Assembly: GCA_045531965.1 (NCBI GenBank)
Contig: JAZSFA010000097.1
Span: 7,935-71,934 of the forward strand
Length of the DNA: 64,000 nucleotides
Source: Eubacteriales bacterium
GTDB taxonomy: Bacteria > Bacillota > Clostridia > Oscillospirales > CAG-272
Direction: 5' to 3'
Below, one piece after another: positions 53,963-63,419 of this stretch. Under the pieces are notes generated by a model, which saw only the letters and a list, made by a program, of their open reading frames with translations, did no database searches and was not told where the DNA came from. The position numbers were made by a program, and so were the translations under genes. Numbering within the stretch: the stretch's first letter is position 1; each line of letters begins with the position of its first letter.

Positions 53963-55363
53963 ATGACCTCGTTTTTGACAGAAGACTTTTTGCTTACAAC
54001 CTCCACGGCTCGGCAGTTATATACTGATTACGCAGCCGGGCAACCCATCATTGACTATCATTGTCACGTCAGTCCCAAAGAGATCTACGAGAACAAGCGG
54101 TTTGAAAACATCACCGAGCTTTGGTTGGGCGGTGATCACTACAAATGGCGGCTTATGCGTTCAAACGGTGTGGAAGAATACTATATCACGGGAGATGCGC
54201 CCGCTTACGAAAAATTTTTGAAATTTGCGGAAGCTTTACCGAAAGCCATTGGTAATCCCATGTACCATTGGTGTCACTTGGAGCTGAAGCGTTATTTTGG
54301 CTACGACGGCGTACTGAATGCGTCTACTGCCCCTCTGGTCTGGAAATTCTGCGAGGAAAAGCTGAAGGATCCTGCCATGAGTGTCCGAGGGATCATCAAA
54401 AAGAGCGGCGTCAAGTTCATTGGCACAACCGACGATCCCATTGACTCCTTGGAATACCACCGTCTGATCGCAGAGGATAAGAGCTTTGAGACGATCGTGT
54501 CCCCCTCCTTCCGTCCCGATAAGGCGTTGAACATTGACAAGGCAGGATGGCTGGATTATATCGACAAGCTGTCCGAGATATCGGGTATCAAGATCGGCAG
54601 CATGGACACGCTGAAAGCCGCCTTGTCTGCCCGCATGGTGCATTTTGCCGCTCACGGATGTCGCGCCAGCGATCACGGCCTGGATTTCATGGCCTATGCC
54701 GAGGCGGATGACGCGACGCTTGACGGCATTTTGAAAAAGGGTCTTTCGGGCGAGACGGTCACGGCCGCTGAGGCGGAGGCCTTCAAGACGGATCTGCTCC
54801 TGTTCTGCGCCCGTGAATACGTGCGCCTGGGTTGGGTCATGCAGATCCATTACAACTGTCTGCGCAATCCCAATTCCGCGATGATGAAGACCCTCGGCCC
54901 CGACACGGGCTTTGACTGCATCGGCCCCAACGACGGTTGCCGTGCGCTTGCACGTTTCCTCGACCATCTCTACGGTGAAAACGCCTTGCCACGCACCATT
55001 CTTTACAGTCTGGATGCCAACGATAACGCCTTTATTGACAGCCTCATCGGATCATTCCAGAGCACCGAGATCCCGGGCAAGCTCCAGCACGGTTCCGCCT
55101 GGTGGTTCAACGACCACAAGCAGGGGATGCGGGATCAGCTGATCAGCCTTGCCAACCTGAGTCTGCTCGGCAATTTCATAGGGATGCTGACCGATTCACG
55201 TTCCTTCCTCAGCTACACCAGACACGAGTATTTCCGCCGCATCCTCTGTGCACTGATCGGCGAATGGGTAGAAAACGGGGAGTACCCTGCCGACATGGTG
55301 ACCCTTGGCAAAATCGTCAGTGACATTTGCTACGGAAATGCCAAACGCTATTTCAATCTTTGA
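53963..55363 (+). CDS. uxaC: Uronate isomerase
   Basis: PIIDYHCH; GDHYKWRLMR; GSAWWFNDH; GMLTDSRSFLSYTRHEYFRR; RBS before ATG 53963. Confidence 0.97.
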   Translation: MTSFLTEDFLLTTSTARQLYTDYAAGQPIIDYHCHVSPKEIYENKRFENITELWLGGDHYKWRLMRSNGVEEYYITGDAPAYEKFLKFAEALPKAIGNPMYHWCHLELKRYFGYDGVLNASTAPLVWKFCEEKLKDPAMSVRGIIKKSGVKFIGTTDDPIDSLEYHRLIAEDKSFETIVSPSFRPDKALNIDKAGWLDYIDKLSEISGIKIGSMDTLKAALSARMVHFAAHGCRASDHGLDFMAYAEADDATLDGILKKGLSGETVTAAEAEAFKTDLLLFCAREYVRLGWVMQIHYNCLRNPNSAMMKTLGPDTGFDCIGPNDGCRALARFLDHLYGENALPRTILYSLDANDNAFIDSLIGSFQSTEIPGKLQHGSAWWFNDHKQGMRDQLISLANLSLLGNFIGMLTDSRSFLSYTRHEYFRRILCALIGEWVENGEYPADMVTLGKIVSDICYGNAKRYFNL

Positions 55364-55383
55364 TTCTATTTTGAGGTAAAGAT

Positions 55384-56472
55384 ATGCCAATGCAAATGAC
55401 CTTCCGCTGGTACGGCGAGGGCAACGACCGTATCAAGCTGTCCGACATCAAACAAATTCCCGGCGTGACGGGGATCGTCTGGGCGCTGCACCACAAAATG
55501 CCCGGTGAGATCTGGGAGGAGTCCGAGATCGCCGAGGTCAAGCGTCAGCTGGACGAATACGGCTTCAACATGGACGTGGTGGAGTCGGTCAACGTCCACG
55601 ACGACATCAAGATCGGTCTGCCTACCAGAGATCAGTACATCGAAAACTATAAAACCACCATCCGTAATCTCTCCAAATTCGGGGTCAAGGTGATCTGCTA
55701 CAACTTCATGCCCATCTTCGACTGGACGAGATCCAACCTGTTCCACCCCGTGGGGGACGGCTCCACCGCTCTGTTCTACGAGAAGAACATGATCCAGGAC
55801 GACTACAACGCCATGGCCAAGTACATTCTGGACTTCACCGAGAAGTACCATATGTCCTTCCCCGGCTGGGAACCCGAGCGCATGGCCAAGCTGGACGAGC
55901 TGTTCAAGGCTTACGAGGGCATCGACCACGAAAAGCTGTGGGCGAATCTGAAGTATTTCCTCGAGGCCATCATGCCCACCTGCGAGGCGTGCGACATCAA
56001 AATGGCCATCCACATGGACGATCCGCCGTGGGATATCTTCGGTCTGCCCCGTCTGCTGATCGACGAGGCCTCCATCGACCGATTCCTCAGAATGGTGGAT
56101 CACCCCTGCAACTGTCTGACCCTTTGCTCGGGCAGTCTGGGCGCGAATCCCGACAACGACGTGGCGGCCATTGTCCGTAAGCATTGTGACCGCATTGCCT
56201 TTGCCCACATCCGCAACGTGAGGCACTTTGAGAACGGTGACTTCTCCGAGGCCAGCCACCGCGATTGCGACGGGGACACGGGTATTCTGGACATCCTCAA
56301 GGCCTACCACGATTGCGGCTTTGAGGGCTACATTCGCCCTGACCACGGACGGCACCTGTGGAGCGAGGGCCCCGGGACGGTAAGACCCGGCTACGGACTC
56401 TACGACCGCGCCATGGGCATTATGTATATGCTGGGCGTATGGGATATGTTGGATAAATTGGAGGAGAAGTAA
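55384..56472 (+). CDS. uxuA: Mannonate dehydratase
   Basis: MTFRWYG; CYNFMPIFDWTRS; AIHMDDPP; RPDHG; PGYGLYDR. Confidence 0.97.
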   Translation: MPMQMTFRWYGEGNDRIKLSDIKQIPGVTGIVWALHHKMPGEIWEESEIAEVKRQLDEYGFNMDVVESVNVHDDIKIGLPTRDQYIENYKTTIRNLSKFGVKVICYNFMPIFDWTRSNLFHPVGDGSTALFYEKNMIQDDYNAMAKYILDFTEKYHMSFPGWEPERMAKLDELFKAYEGIDHEKLWANLKYFLEAIMPTCEACDIKMAIHMDDPPWDIFGLPRLLIDEASIDRFLRMVDHPCNCLTLCSGSLGANPDNDVAAIVRKHCDRIAFAHIRNVRHFENGDFSEASHRDCDGDTGILDILKAYHDCGFEGYIRPDHGRHLWSEGPGTVRPGYGLYDRAMGIMYMLGVWDMLDKLEEK

Positions 56473-56492
56473 TGCATAGCAAAGATTTATCC

Positions 56493-56540
56493 GTAGGGGC
56501 GTTCTTTGAACGCCCGCGGGCGAACACAGTTCGCCCCTAC
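56493..56540. repeat. GTAG-family REP doublet (two inverted REPs)
   Basis: GTAG-GGGCGTTC-ttt-GAACGCCC-gc-GGGCGAAC-aca-GTTCGCCC-CTAC. Confidence 0.8.
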
Positions 56541-56570
56541 AAAACAAATACATAAAACGAGGTAAAAACC

Positions 56571-57416
56571 ATGCTGAATCTTCCTTTAAATATCGATTAC
56601 ACCGGCAAGGTGGTGGTCATCACGGGTGCGGGCGGTCTCATCTGCTCGGCTATGGCTCGCGCTTTTGCACAATCGGGTGCCAAGGTCGCGGCTCTTGATC
56701 TCAATGAAGACGCCGTCAAGGCTCTGGCAGACGAGCTGACCGCCGAGGGCTTTATTTGCAAGGGCTACAAGGCCAACGTCCTTGATCCCGAGATGCTGGC
56801 GGCTGTCCACGAGGCTGTGGTGGCCGATCTCGGCACCTGCGATATCCTCGTCAACGGCGCGGGCGGTAACAACCCCCGAGCCACCACCGACAACGAGTAC
56901 CAGCACGAGGCCAAAGATGGCGGGAAGTCCTTTTTCGACCTCCAGCCCGACGGCGTGGACTTCGTGTTCAAGCTCAACTTCCAGGGCACCCTCCTGCCCA
57001 CCCAGGCCTTCGCCAAGGATATGGTGGACAAAAAGGCCGGATGCATCCTGAACATTTCGTCTATGAACGCCTATACCCCTCTGACCAAGATTCCCGCTTA
57101 CTCTGCCGCCAAGGCCGGTATCTCCAATTTCACCCAGTGGCTGGCTACCCACTTTGCGGGTACGGGCATCCGTTGCAACGCCATCGCCCCCGGCTTTTTG
57201 GTGTCGGCGCAGAACTACAAGCTGCTGTTCAACGAGGACGGCACCCCCACCGCCCGCTCCAACAAGATTTTGAACGGCACCCCCACCCACCGCTATCTGG
57301 ACGCATCCGAACTGCTGGGCGCGACTCTGTTCCTCTGTGACGATCGGGCGGCTTCGGCTATTACAGGTGTCGTCTTGCCCATTGACGGCGGGTTTGCTGC
57401 CTATTCCGGGGTTTGA
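56571..57416 (+). CDS. uxuB: SDR-family D-mannonate oxidoreductase (fructuronate reductase)
   Basis: TGAGGLIC; NGAGGN; PLTKIPAYSAAK; context after uxuA. Confidence 0.85.
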   Translation: MLNLPLNIDYTGKVVVITGAGGLICSAMARAFAQSGAKVAALDLNEDAVKALADELTAEGFICKGYKANVLDPEMLAAVHEAVVADLGTCDILVNGAGGNNPRATTDNEYQHEAKDGGKSFFDLQPDGVDFVFKLNFQGTLLPTQAFAKDMVDKKAGCILNISSMNAYTPLTKIPAYSAAKAGISNFTQWLATHFAGTGIRCNAIAPGFLVSAQNYKLLFNEDGTPTARSNKILNGTPTHRYLDASELLGATLFLCDDRAASAITGVVLPIDGGFAAYSGV

Positions 57417-57427
57417 CAGAGGTGAAT

Positions 57428-59533
57428 ATGAATATGGATATGAAATTGAAAGCAACCTTGCAGTATCATTCCACCCCCATCAGCAAAAAACTGGCATCCA
57501 ACTTCATCGAGCTGGGCTACGGTCTGCAGGTGGAAGGCATGGCTGCTGAAATGTTCTTCAACCGTAGTTTCGAGCCTTTCTACCCCTACCGCATGATCAA
57601 CAAGCTGTGGTATGACCTCCTGGAGGACGAAAACGACCATTCTTCCCGCTGTGAGACCGACTGGCGAGTCTTTGACTGGTATCATTCTTCTTACGAGCAC
57701 AACGCTTGGTTTGCATTTCCCGGCACTGCGGGCTATCAACCCATCACCGATGACGCCACCTTCGTCATCGAAAGATCCCCAACCGCTAACGTCCGTATCG
57801 GCTACGTGCAGGACGCCTGCCACGGAGATCACGCCATGGAGGTGGTCAACGGTAGCGACAACCTTGGTGGTCTTGCACAGGACGGAAAATACTGCTTTAA
57901 GGATGTCACCTATACCTTCAAGGGCAAAATCAAGCGAATCTCGGGAGAAAAGTGGCTAACCGTCGCCATATACAGAGAAGGCACTACCACCGACCCCGTA
58001 GTCACCTGCGCCCTGCGTGAAGTTGGCGAGGAATACACCGACGTATGTGCGGTCTTTGAGGTGCCGACTGAGGGGCGCTACACCTTTGCCCTCCTCCTGC
58101 CCCCTCATACCACCGTCATCTGTGACGACTTTACCCTGCTCCCTTCGGACGCGATCCGGGGTTTCAAAAAGAGTGCGGTAGAAGCAGGAAAGTACGTGTC
58201 CCCCAAGGTGATCCGTTGGCCGGGCGGTTGCTTTGCCTCCTTCTATAACTGGCGGGACGGCGTAGGTGATTACCGTCCTCCCATGTATTCCTACTTTTGG
58301 GGCGGTTATCAGTACAACGATATCGGCACAGATGAACTGGCCACCTACGCCGAAGCGGTGGGGGCGGAATCCATGATCTGTGTTAATATGTTCCACCCCT
58401 TCAAGCGCTTCTTCGATTACGTGCCTCCCGAGTCTTTGAACGGAGACCCCAACGACAATACCCTCTACGCCGCTTATCACGGCCGTGATCTTCCCCACTT
58501 CATGGACAAGGAAGAGGGGGCTCGCGAGGCCGCCGCATGGGTAGAATACTGCAACGGTGACGCGACCACCGAGGGTGGTCGCGCCCGCATGGCAAACGGT
58601 CGGGTCAAGCCCTATAATATCAAGTACTGGGAAATGGACAACGAGATGCACCGTTGGTTCACCGACGAGGAATACGCCGAAGCCTGCGTGCTGTATTCCC
58701 GCACCATGAAGGCCGTCGATCCCACCATCAAGATCGGTATGATCTCCTACTGCTCGAACATCGAAGCACTCTCGCGCATGGTGGAGATCGCGGGCATGGA
58801 TATCGACTTCCTGGCCGACAGAGGCTTTGAAGAGCACGACCTTCAAGACAAGCTGGATATCCTTCACCGCTTCAATGAAACCCACGGCACGAATATCCGC
58901 TACTGTAACACCGAGTGGCTCCCCCTCAACGGCGCCGACGTTTACAATATGGTCCCCCGCGCCGAGACAAAGCAGAACAAATGCTTCATGTTCTCCAAGT
59001 GGTCCTATGCCCTGGACGCCGCCGCCACCCTCATGATGTGGCAGAGATACGGACAGGACATCGACTTTATCAATTTCAACAATCTCGCCAACACTCATTC
59101 TCAGTCGGTCATCGAGACCCCCAAGGAGGGTGCGTATATTACATCGGCGGGCATGATGATGCACCGCTTCGCCACCACCGAGGCGTATCAAACCCTGGTG
59201 CTGGAGGACTACCATGCCCAGCGCACCGATCCCATTCAGGTCCAGCTTTCGGTCAACAAGGACGGCACAGCCCTCGTCCTCAACCTCCTGAACCGTTCCG
59301 ATGAGGACGGGGAGGTGGAGCTGGATCTCACCGCCTTCGCGGTAGCTGACGGCGAGACGCGGGGCGTGCTCTTGGCGGCGGAAAGTCTGCTGTCCATGAA
59401 TACCCTCCTCGATCAGCAGGTGGCCGAATATCCTCATGCCGTTACGGTGCAGAATGGGATGGTCAGGACCGCCGTCAAGCGGCTGTCCTTTGGGGAGTAT
59501 ATCATTCCCCTGAAGGACTCCGCGCAAGTGTAA
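57428..59533 (+). CDS. Divergent GH51-like glycoside hydrolase, cytoplasmic
   Basis: AEMFFNRSFE; IRWPGGCFA; AAAWVEYCNG; IKYWEMDNE; NTEW; no signal peptide. Confidence 0.75.
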   Translation: MNMDMKLKATLQYHSTPISKKLASNFIELGYGLQVEGMAAEMFFNRSFEPFYPYRMINKLWYDLLEDENDHSSRCETDWRVFDWYHSSYEHNAWFAFPGTAGYQPITDDATFVIERSPTANVRIGYVQDACHGDHAMEVVNGSDNLGGLAQDGKYCFKDVTYTFKGKIKRISGEKWLTVAIYREGTTTDPVVTCALREVGEEYTDVCAVFEVPTEGRYTFALLLPPHTTVICDDFTLLPSDAIRGFKKSAVEAGKYVSPKVIRWPGGCFASFYNWRDGVGDYRPPMYSYFWGGYQYNDIGTDELATYAEAVGAESMICVNMFHPFKRFFDYVPPESLNGDPNDNTLYAAYHGRDLPHFMDKEEGAREAAAWVEYCNGDATTEGGRARMANGRVKPYNIKYWEMDNEMHRWFTDEEYAEACVLYSRTMKAVDPTIKIGMISYCSNIEALSRMVEIAGMDIDFLADRGFEEHDLQDKLDILHRFNETHGTNIRYCNTEWLPLNGADVYNMVPRAETKQNKCFMFSKWSYALDAAATLMMWQRYGQDIDFINFNNLANTHSQSVIETPKEGAYITSAGMMMHRFATTEAYQTLVLEDYHAQRTDPIQVQLSVNKDGTALVLNLLNRSDEDGEVELDLTAFAVADGETRGVLLAAESLLSMNTLLDQQVAEYPHAVTVQNGMVRTAVKRLSFGEYIIPLKDSAQV

Positions 59534-59558
59534 AACTGCATAAAAGAAGGATCATACT

Positions 59559-60113
59559 ATGGAAAAATTCATCCCCGTGGTGGTCATCAAGGAACTTGCC
59601 GAGACTGACAAGATTCTGACCGCCCTCAAGAACAACAACATCAACTGCGCCGAGATCACCTTCCGTACCGCTTTTGCCGCCGAGGCCATTGCCTACGCTG
59701 TAGAGCATTACCCCGACATGGAGATCGGCGCGGGTACGGTCATCAACGCCGAGCAGTGTGAGGCGGCTTTGACCGCAGGAGCTACCTTTATCGTGTCCCC
59801 CGGTCTGTCCCCAGCCGTTGCCAAGATCTGCAACGAACGGAATATCCCCTACTATCCCGGGTGCGTAACCCCCACCGAGATCATGGCAGCTTTGGAGCTG
59901 GGGATTACCACGGTAAAGTTCTTCCCCGCCAACGTCTACGGCGGCTTGAAGGCTCTGAAAGCCCTCTCCGCCCCCTTCCCCCAGGTGCAGTTCATCCCCA
60001 CGGGTGGCGTGGATCGCTCCAACATCGACGAATTTTTAGCCTTTGACAAGGTGGCGGCCATCGGCGGCAGCTTCTTCGTCAAGGAGGCGCTGGAAGCCGT
60101 GGAGAACAAATGA
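59559..60113 (+). CDS. eda: KDPG/KHG aldolase
   Basis: AEITFRT; IGAGTV; FIVSPG; VKFFPA; FIPTGGV. Confidence 0.95.
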   Translation: MEKFIPVVVIKELAETDKILTALKNNNINCAEITFRTAFAAEAIAYAVEHYPDMEIGAGTVINAEQCEAALTAGATFIVSPGLSPAVAKICNERNIPYYPGCVTPTEIMAALELGITTVKFFPANVYGGLKALKALSAPFPQVQFIPTGGVDRSNIDEFLAFDKVAAIGGSFFVKEALEAVENK

Positions 60114-61969
60114 TCACTTTCAAAAAGACAGATCGAAGGGCTGATGGACTTAACAGACTGATCGGTGAATTTGAGCATCCCTCTGCCGAGTTTTCCCCCA
60201 TGCCCTTTTGGTTTTGGAATGATACCTTGACTGAGGAGGAGATCGCACGGCAGATGCGAGCTTTCAAGGAAAAGGGCGTGGATGGCTTCGTCATCCATCC
60301 GAGGCTTGGGCTGGATCCTGCCATTCCCTACATGGGGGAGCGGTGGCTGTACTTCGTCCGCTACGCCGTGGCTTTAGCCAAGGAGCTTCACATGAAGGTC
60401 ATGCTCTACGACGAGGCCATGTATCCTTCCGGGTCTTGCTCGGGGCAGGTGGTGGCAGAGAATCCCGACTACGCTGCCAAGGGACTGAAGATGGTCCGTA
60501 ACCCTTCCCTGTCCGAGGGTGAGCAGTTGGTAGCGCAGAGCGAACACGAAGGAGAAACCGTGTATTTCATCATGACCCCCTCTCGCGGCACCATTCGAGG
60601 AGTCTGCTACGGTCAAGATGACGGTCAGCCGGGTGCGCCTCCCGCGGCGGATCTTTTGAACCCCAATTCGGTGTCTGCCTTCATCCGTCTGACCCATCAG
60701 AAGTATTATGACGCGCTATCCGAGTATTTCGGAGACACCGTCATCGCCATTTTCACCGACGAGCCCTGCCTTCTTGGGCGGGGCTCCTTCCCAGGGCTGA
60801 TCCCTTGGACGGGGGATTTCCTCGCGGACTTCAAGTCCCTTGGGTATGATGAATCCCATCTGCCCGCCCTATTTGAGCCAAAGGATGATACGGCAAATCG
60901 GATCAAGGAAGACTACCTGCGCCTGATCTTTGAGCGCATGAACCGTGTGTTTTACGGTCAGATCGCTGACTGGTGCGAAAGCCACGGCATACTGCTTGCG
61001 GGGCATCCCGAGAGCAGCTCGGACATCCATCTACTTTCCCATTTCGGTATTCCCTGTCAGGATATCGTTTGGCGGTATCTCTACCCCGGAGATCCCACCA
61101 ATATACGAGGTGTCCATAGCACCATGGGCAAGTGCGCCTCGGACAGCGCCCGCCACAGAGGCAAACGTCGCAACGGCAACGAGTGCTTTGGGGTGTGCGG
61201 TCACCGAGATGATCCCTACGCCTTTGAGCGGGAGGACATGAAGTGGTATCTGGACTGGCTCTTTGCCCGTGGATGTAACCTCATCATCCCCCACGCTTTC
61301 TATTACTCCCTTCGCGACGACCGCAAGGACGAGCGTCCCCCCGAAGTGGGGATGCACAGCACGTTCTGGGGCGAGTATAAAGAAATAACCGACTACATAA
61401 AGCGATGCTGTTCTCTGAACACCGACTGCGTCAATATCACCGACATCGCCGTGCTTTGCACCGAGCGGGAGCTGCCCGACGGGGCGGTGAAGTCTCTGTA
61501 TGAGCATCAGGTGGAGTTCAACTATTTGGAGCGATCGCTTCTGGATGCAGTCACCCTGAAGGATGGAGCGGCTAAGATCGCCGAGCAAGCGTATCGCGTG
61601 ATGATTGTGGATCGCGACTACGATGCCGAAACGATCGCCTTTTTGGAGAGATTCAAGGAAGCGGGCGGTATGGTGATCGACTTCCGCGACTATGCGGTGG
61701 AGGCGGACTACCTCGCGGAAGTTCGCAGTGCGAGTCGGACTCTACTGAACATTGAATCCACCGAACATCTGCGAATGACCCATGTGCGAAAGTATGGGAT
61801 AGATATTGTCTTCCTGTCCAACGAGGGCGAAGCGCCCTTGACCGCCACGGTGCGGGAGCGGGTGGCCGAGGTCTGGGACTGCGAGGCGGGGGTGCGTGTG
61901 CCGCATAGCGGGGAGATCTTGACGGTCGAGTTGGCTCCGCGGAAGAGCGTGCATTTGATTCTTGCTTGA
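60110..61969 (+). CDS. GH106-like glycoside hydrolase, cytoplasmic
   Basis: PMPFWFWND; IHPRLG; LYDEAMYPSG; FTDEP; HAFYYS; ATGA overlap with eda. Confidence 0.7.
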   Translation: MITFKKTDRRADGLNRLIGEFEHPSAEFSPMPFWFWNDTLTEEEIARQMRAFKEKGVDGFVIHPRLGLDPAIPYMGERWLYFVRYAVALAKELHMKVMLYDEAMYPSGSCSGQVVAENPDYAAKGLKMVRNPSLSEGEQLVAQSEHEGETVYFIMTPSRGTIRGVCYGQDDGQPGAPPAADLLNPNSVSAFIRLTHQKYYDALSEYFGDTVIAIFTDEPCLLGRGSFPGLIPWTGDFLADFKSLGYDESHLPALFEPKDDTANRIKEDYLRLIFERMNRVFYGQIADWCESHGILLAGHPESSSDIHLLSHFGIPCQDIVWRYLYPGDPTNIRGVHSTMGKCASDSARHRGKRRNGNECFGVCGHRDDPYAFEREDMKWYLDWLFARGCNLIIPHAFYYSLRDDRKDERPPEVGMHSTFWGEYKEITDYIKRCCSLNTDCVNITDIAVLCTERELPDGAVKSLYEHQVEFNYLERSLLDAVTLKDGAAKIAEQAYRVMIVDRDYDAETIAFLERFKEAGGMVIDFRDYAVEADYLAEVRSASRTLLNIESTEHLRMTHVRKYGIDIVFLSNEGEAPLTATVRERVAEVWDCEAGVRVPHSGEILTVELAPRKSVHLILA

Positions 61970-61992
61970 TTGCGCGATATATTCAAATTGCA

Positions 61993-62178
61993 GTTTATAG
62001 GAGAGCGAAGAGAACGGCCTCCGGCGGTTTAAACCCTTCTTGGAAAAAGGGTTTAAGAATCCCAAGAACTTTAAAAAACATTGATAAGTATACCTTTTTG
62101 AAAGTTCTTGAAGGGTGTCCAGAGGGAAACTTCTTTCAAGAAGTTTCCCTTTGGTGTCCTCCCCGCTCCCCTACAAAC
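61993..62178. repeat. 186-bp structured intergenic element (terminal inverted repeats, three inner hairpins)
   Basis: GTTTATAGGAGAGCG / CGCTCCCCTACAAAC (13 of 15 match); hairpins 62029-62056, 62063-62110, 62119-62154. Confidence 0.7.
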
Positions 62179-62223
62179 CCAAATTTTCTGACACCAAAAA
62201 TCCTACAAATACGGAGATCTATC

Positions 62224-63243
62224 ATGAAAGTCATTACCTTTGGCGAGATCATGCTGCGTCTCGCCCCCAACGGCTACTACCGCTTCTTCCAAAACGATCA
62301 GATGCAGGCCACCTTTGGCGGCGGCGAGGCCAACGTAGCAGTTTCTCTCGCCAATTTCGGACTGGACAGCACCTATGTCACGAAGCTTCCCAAGCACGCC
62401 ATCGGACAGGCGGCCATTGATTCCCTGCGTTACTTTGGCGTGGACACCTCCAAGGTGGTGCGCGGCGGTGATCGCGTGGGAATCTACTATCTGGAGAAGG
62501 GCGCCTCCCAGCGTGGGTCTGTCTGTATCTACGACCGCGCTCATTCGGCGATTGCGGAAGCATCTGCTTCGGATTTCGACTGGGATGCTATTTTTGAAGG
62601 AGCCGATTGGTTCCATTTCACGGGCATTACCCCCGCCTTGGGCGGTGAGCTGGTGGATATTTGTCTCGACGCCTGCAAAGCCGCCAAGGCTCACGGTGTC
62701 AAGATCTCCTGCGATCTCAACTACCGAGGCAAGCTCTGGACGAGAGCCGAGGCAAGAGAGGCCATGACCAAGCTCTGCGAATACGTGGACGTCTGCATCT
62801 CCAACGAGGAGGACGCCAAAGATGTGTTCGGCATCGAGGCCGAGAACACCGACATTTACGGCGGCAAGCTGAACCACGAGGGCTATAAGTCCGTCGCAAA
62901 ACAGCTGGCCGACAAGTTCGGATTTGAGAATGTGGCTATCACCCTGCGTTCTTCTATCTCCGCCAGCGACAACGATTGGGCAGGTATGCTCTACGACGGC
63001 GAAAATTACTGCTTCTCCAAGTCCTACCACCTTCACATCGTGGATCGCGTGGGCGGCGGCGACAGCTTTGGCGCAGGTCTGATTTATGCCTTGCTGTCGG
63101 GCAAGTCCACCCAAGCCGCCATTGAATTTGCTGTGGCCGCATCTGCCCTCAAGCACTCTATCGAGGGTGACTTCAACCGCGTCAGCGTAACCGAAGTGGA
63201 GAAGCTGGCAGGCGGCGATGGATCAGGCAGAGTGCAAAGATAA
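62224..63243 (+). CDS. kdgK: 2-keto-3-deoxygluconate kinase (PfkB family)
   Basis: FGEIMLRL; GGGEANVA; DLNYRGKLW; DRVGGGDSF; start moved to ATG 62224 after GGAG. Confidence 0.95.
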   Translation: MKVITFGEIMLRLAPNGYYRFFQNDQMQATFGGGEANVAVSLANFGLDSTYVTKLPKHAIGQAAIDSLRYFGVDTSKVVRGGDRVGIYYLEKGASQRGSVCIYDRAHSAIAEASASDFDWDAIFEGADWFHFTGITPALGGELVDICLDACKAAKAHGVKISCDLNYRGKLWTRAEAREAMTKLCEYVDVCISNEEDAKDVFGIEAENTDIYGGKLNHEGYKSVAKQLADKFGFENVAITLRSSISASDNDWAGMLYDGENYCFSKSYHLHIVDRVGGGDSFGAGLIYALLSGKSTQAAIEFAVAASALKHSIEGDFNRVSVTEVEKLAGGDGSGRVQR

Positions 63244-63377
63244 ATCATAAGATATCATGAATTGATAATTAAAGCGGTTGCTTTTACCGAATGGGTTTAG
63301 AGCAATCGCTTTTTTCGTTCAAACGACCGATGGGCAGCCTATTTCCTTTCCCGGAAAATCAGGCATACATAAATGTA

Positions 63378-63403
63378 AGGGGCTGTCTTTTCAGACAGCC
63401 CCT
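63378..63403. terminator. Hairpin between convergent genes
   Basis: AGGGGCTGTCT-tttc-AGACAGCCCCT. Confidence 0.65.
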
Positions 63404-63419
63404 CGGGTATATAACATGA

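Noticed and set aside
61966-62223. N-terminal extension of KdgK (also NagA 29268-29351, UxaC 53879-53962)
   Set aside because: Family homology starts at downstream ATGs; for kdgK and uxaC these also have RBSs, and nagA's follows the nagB stop by 2 nt
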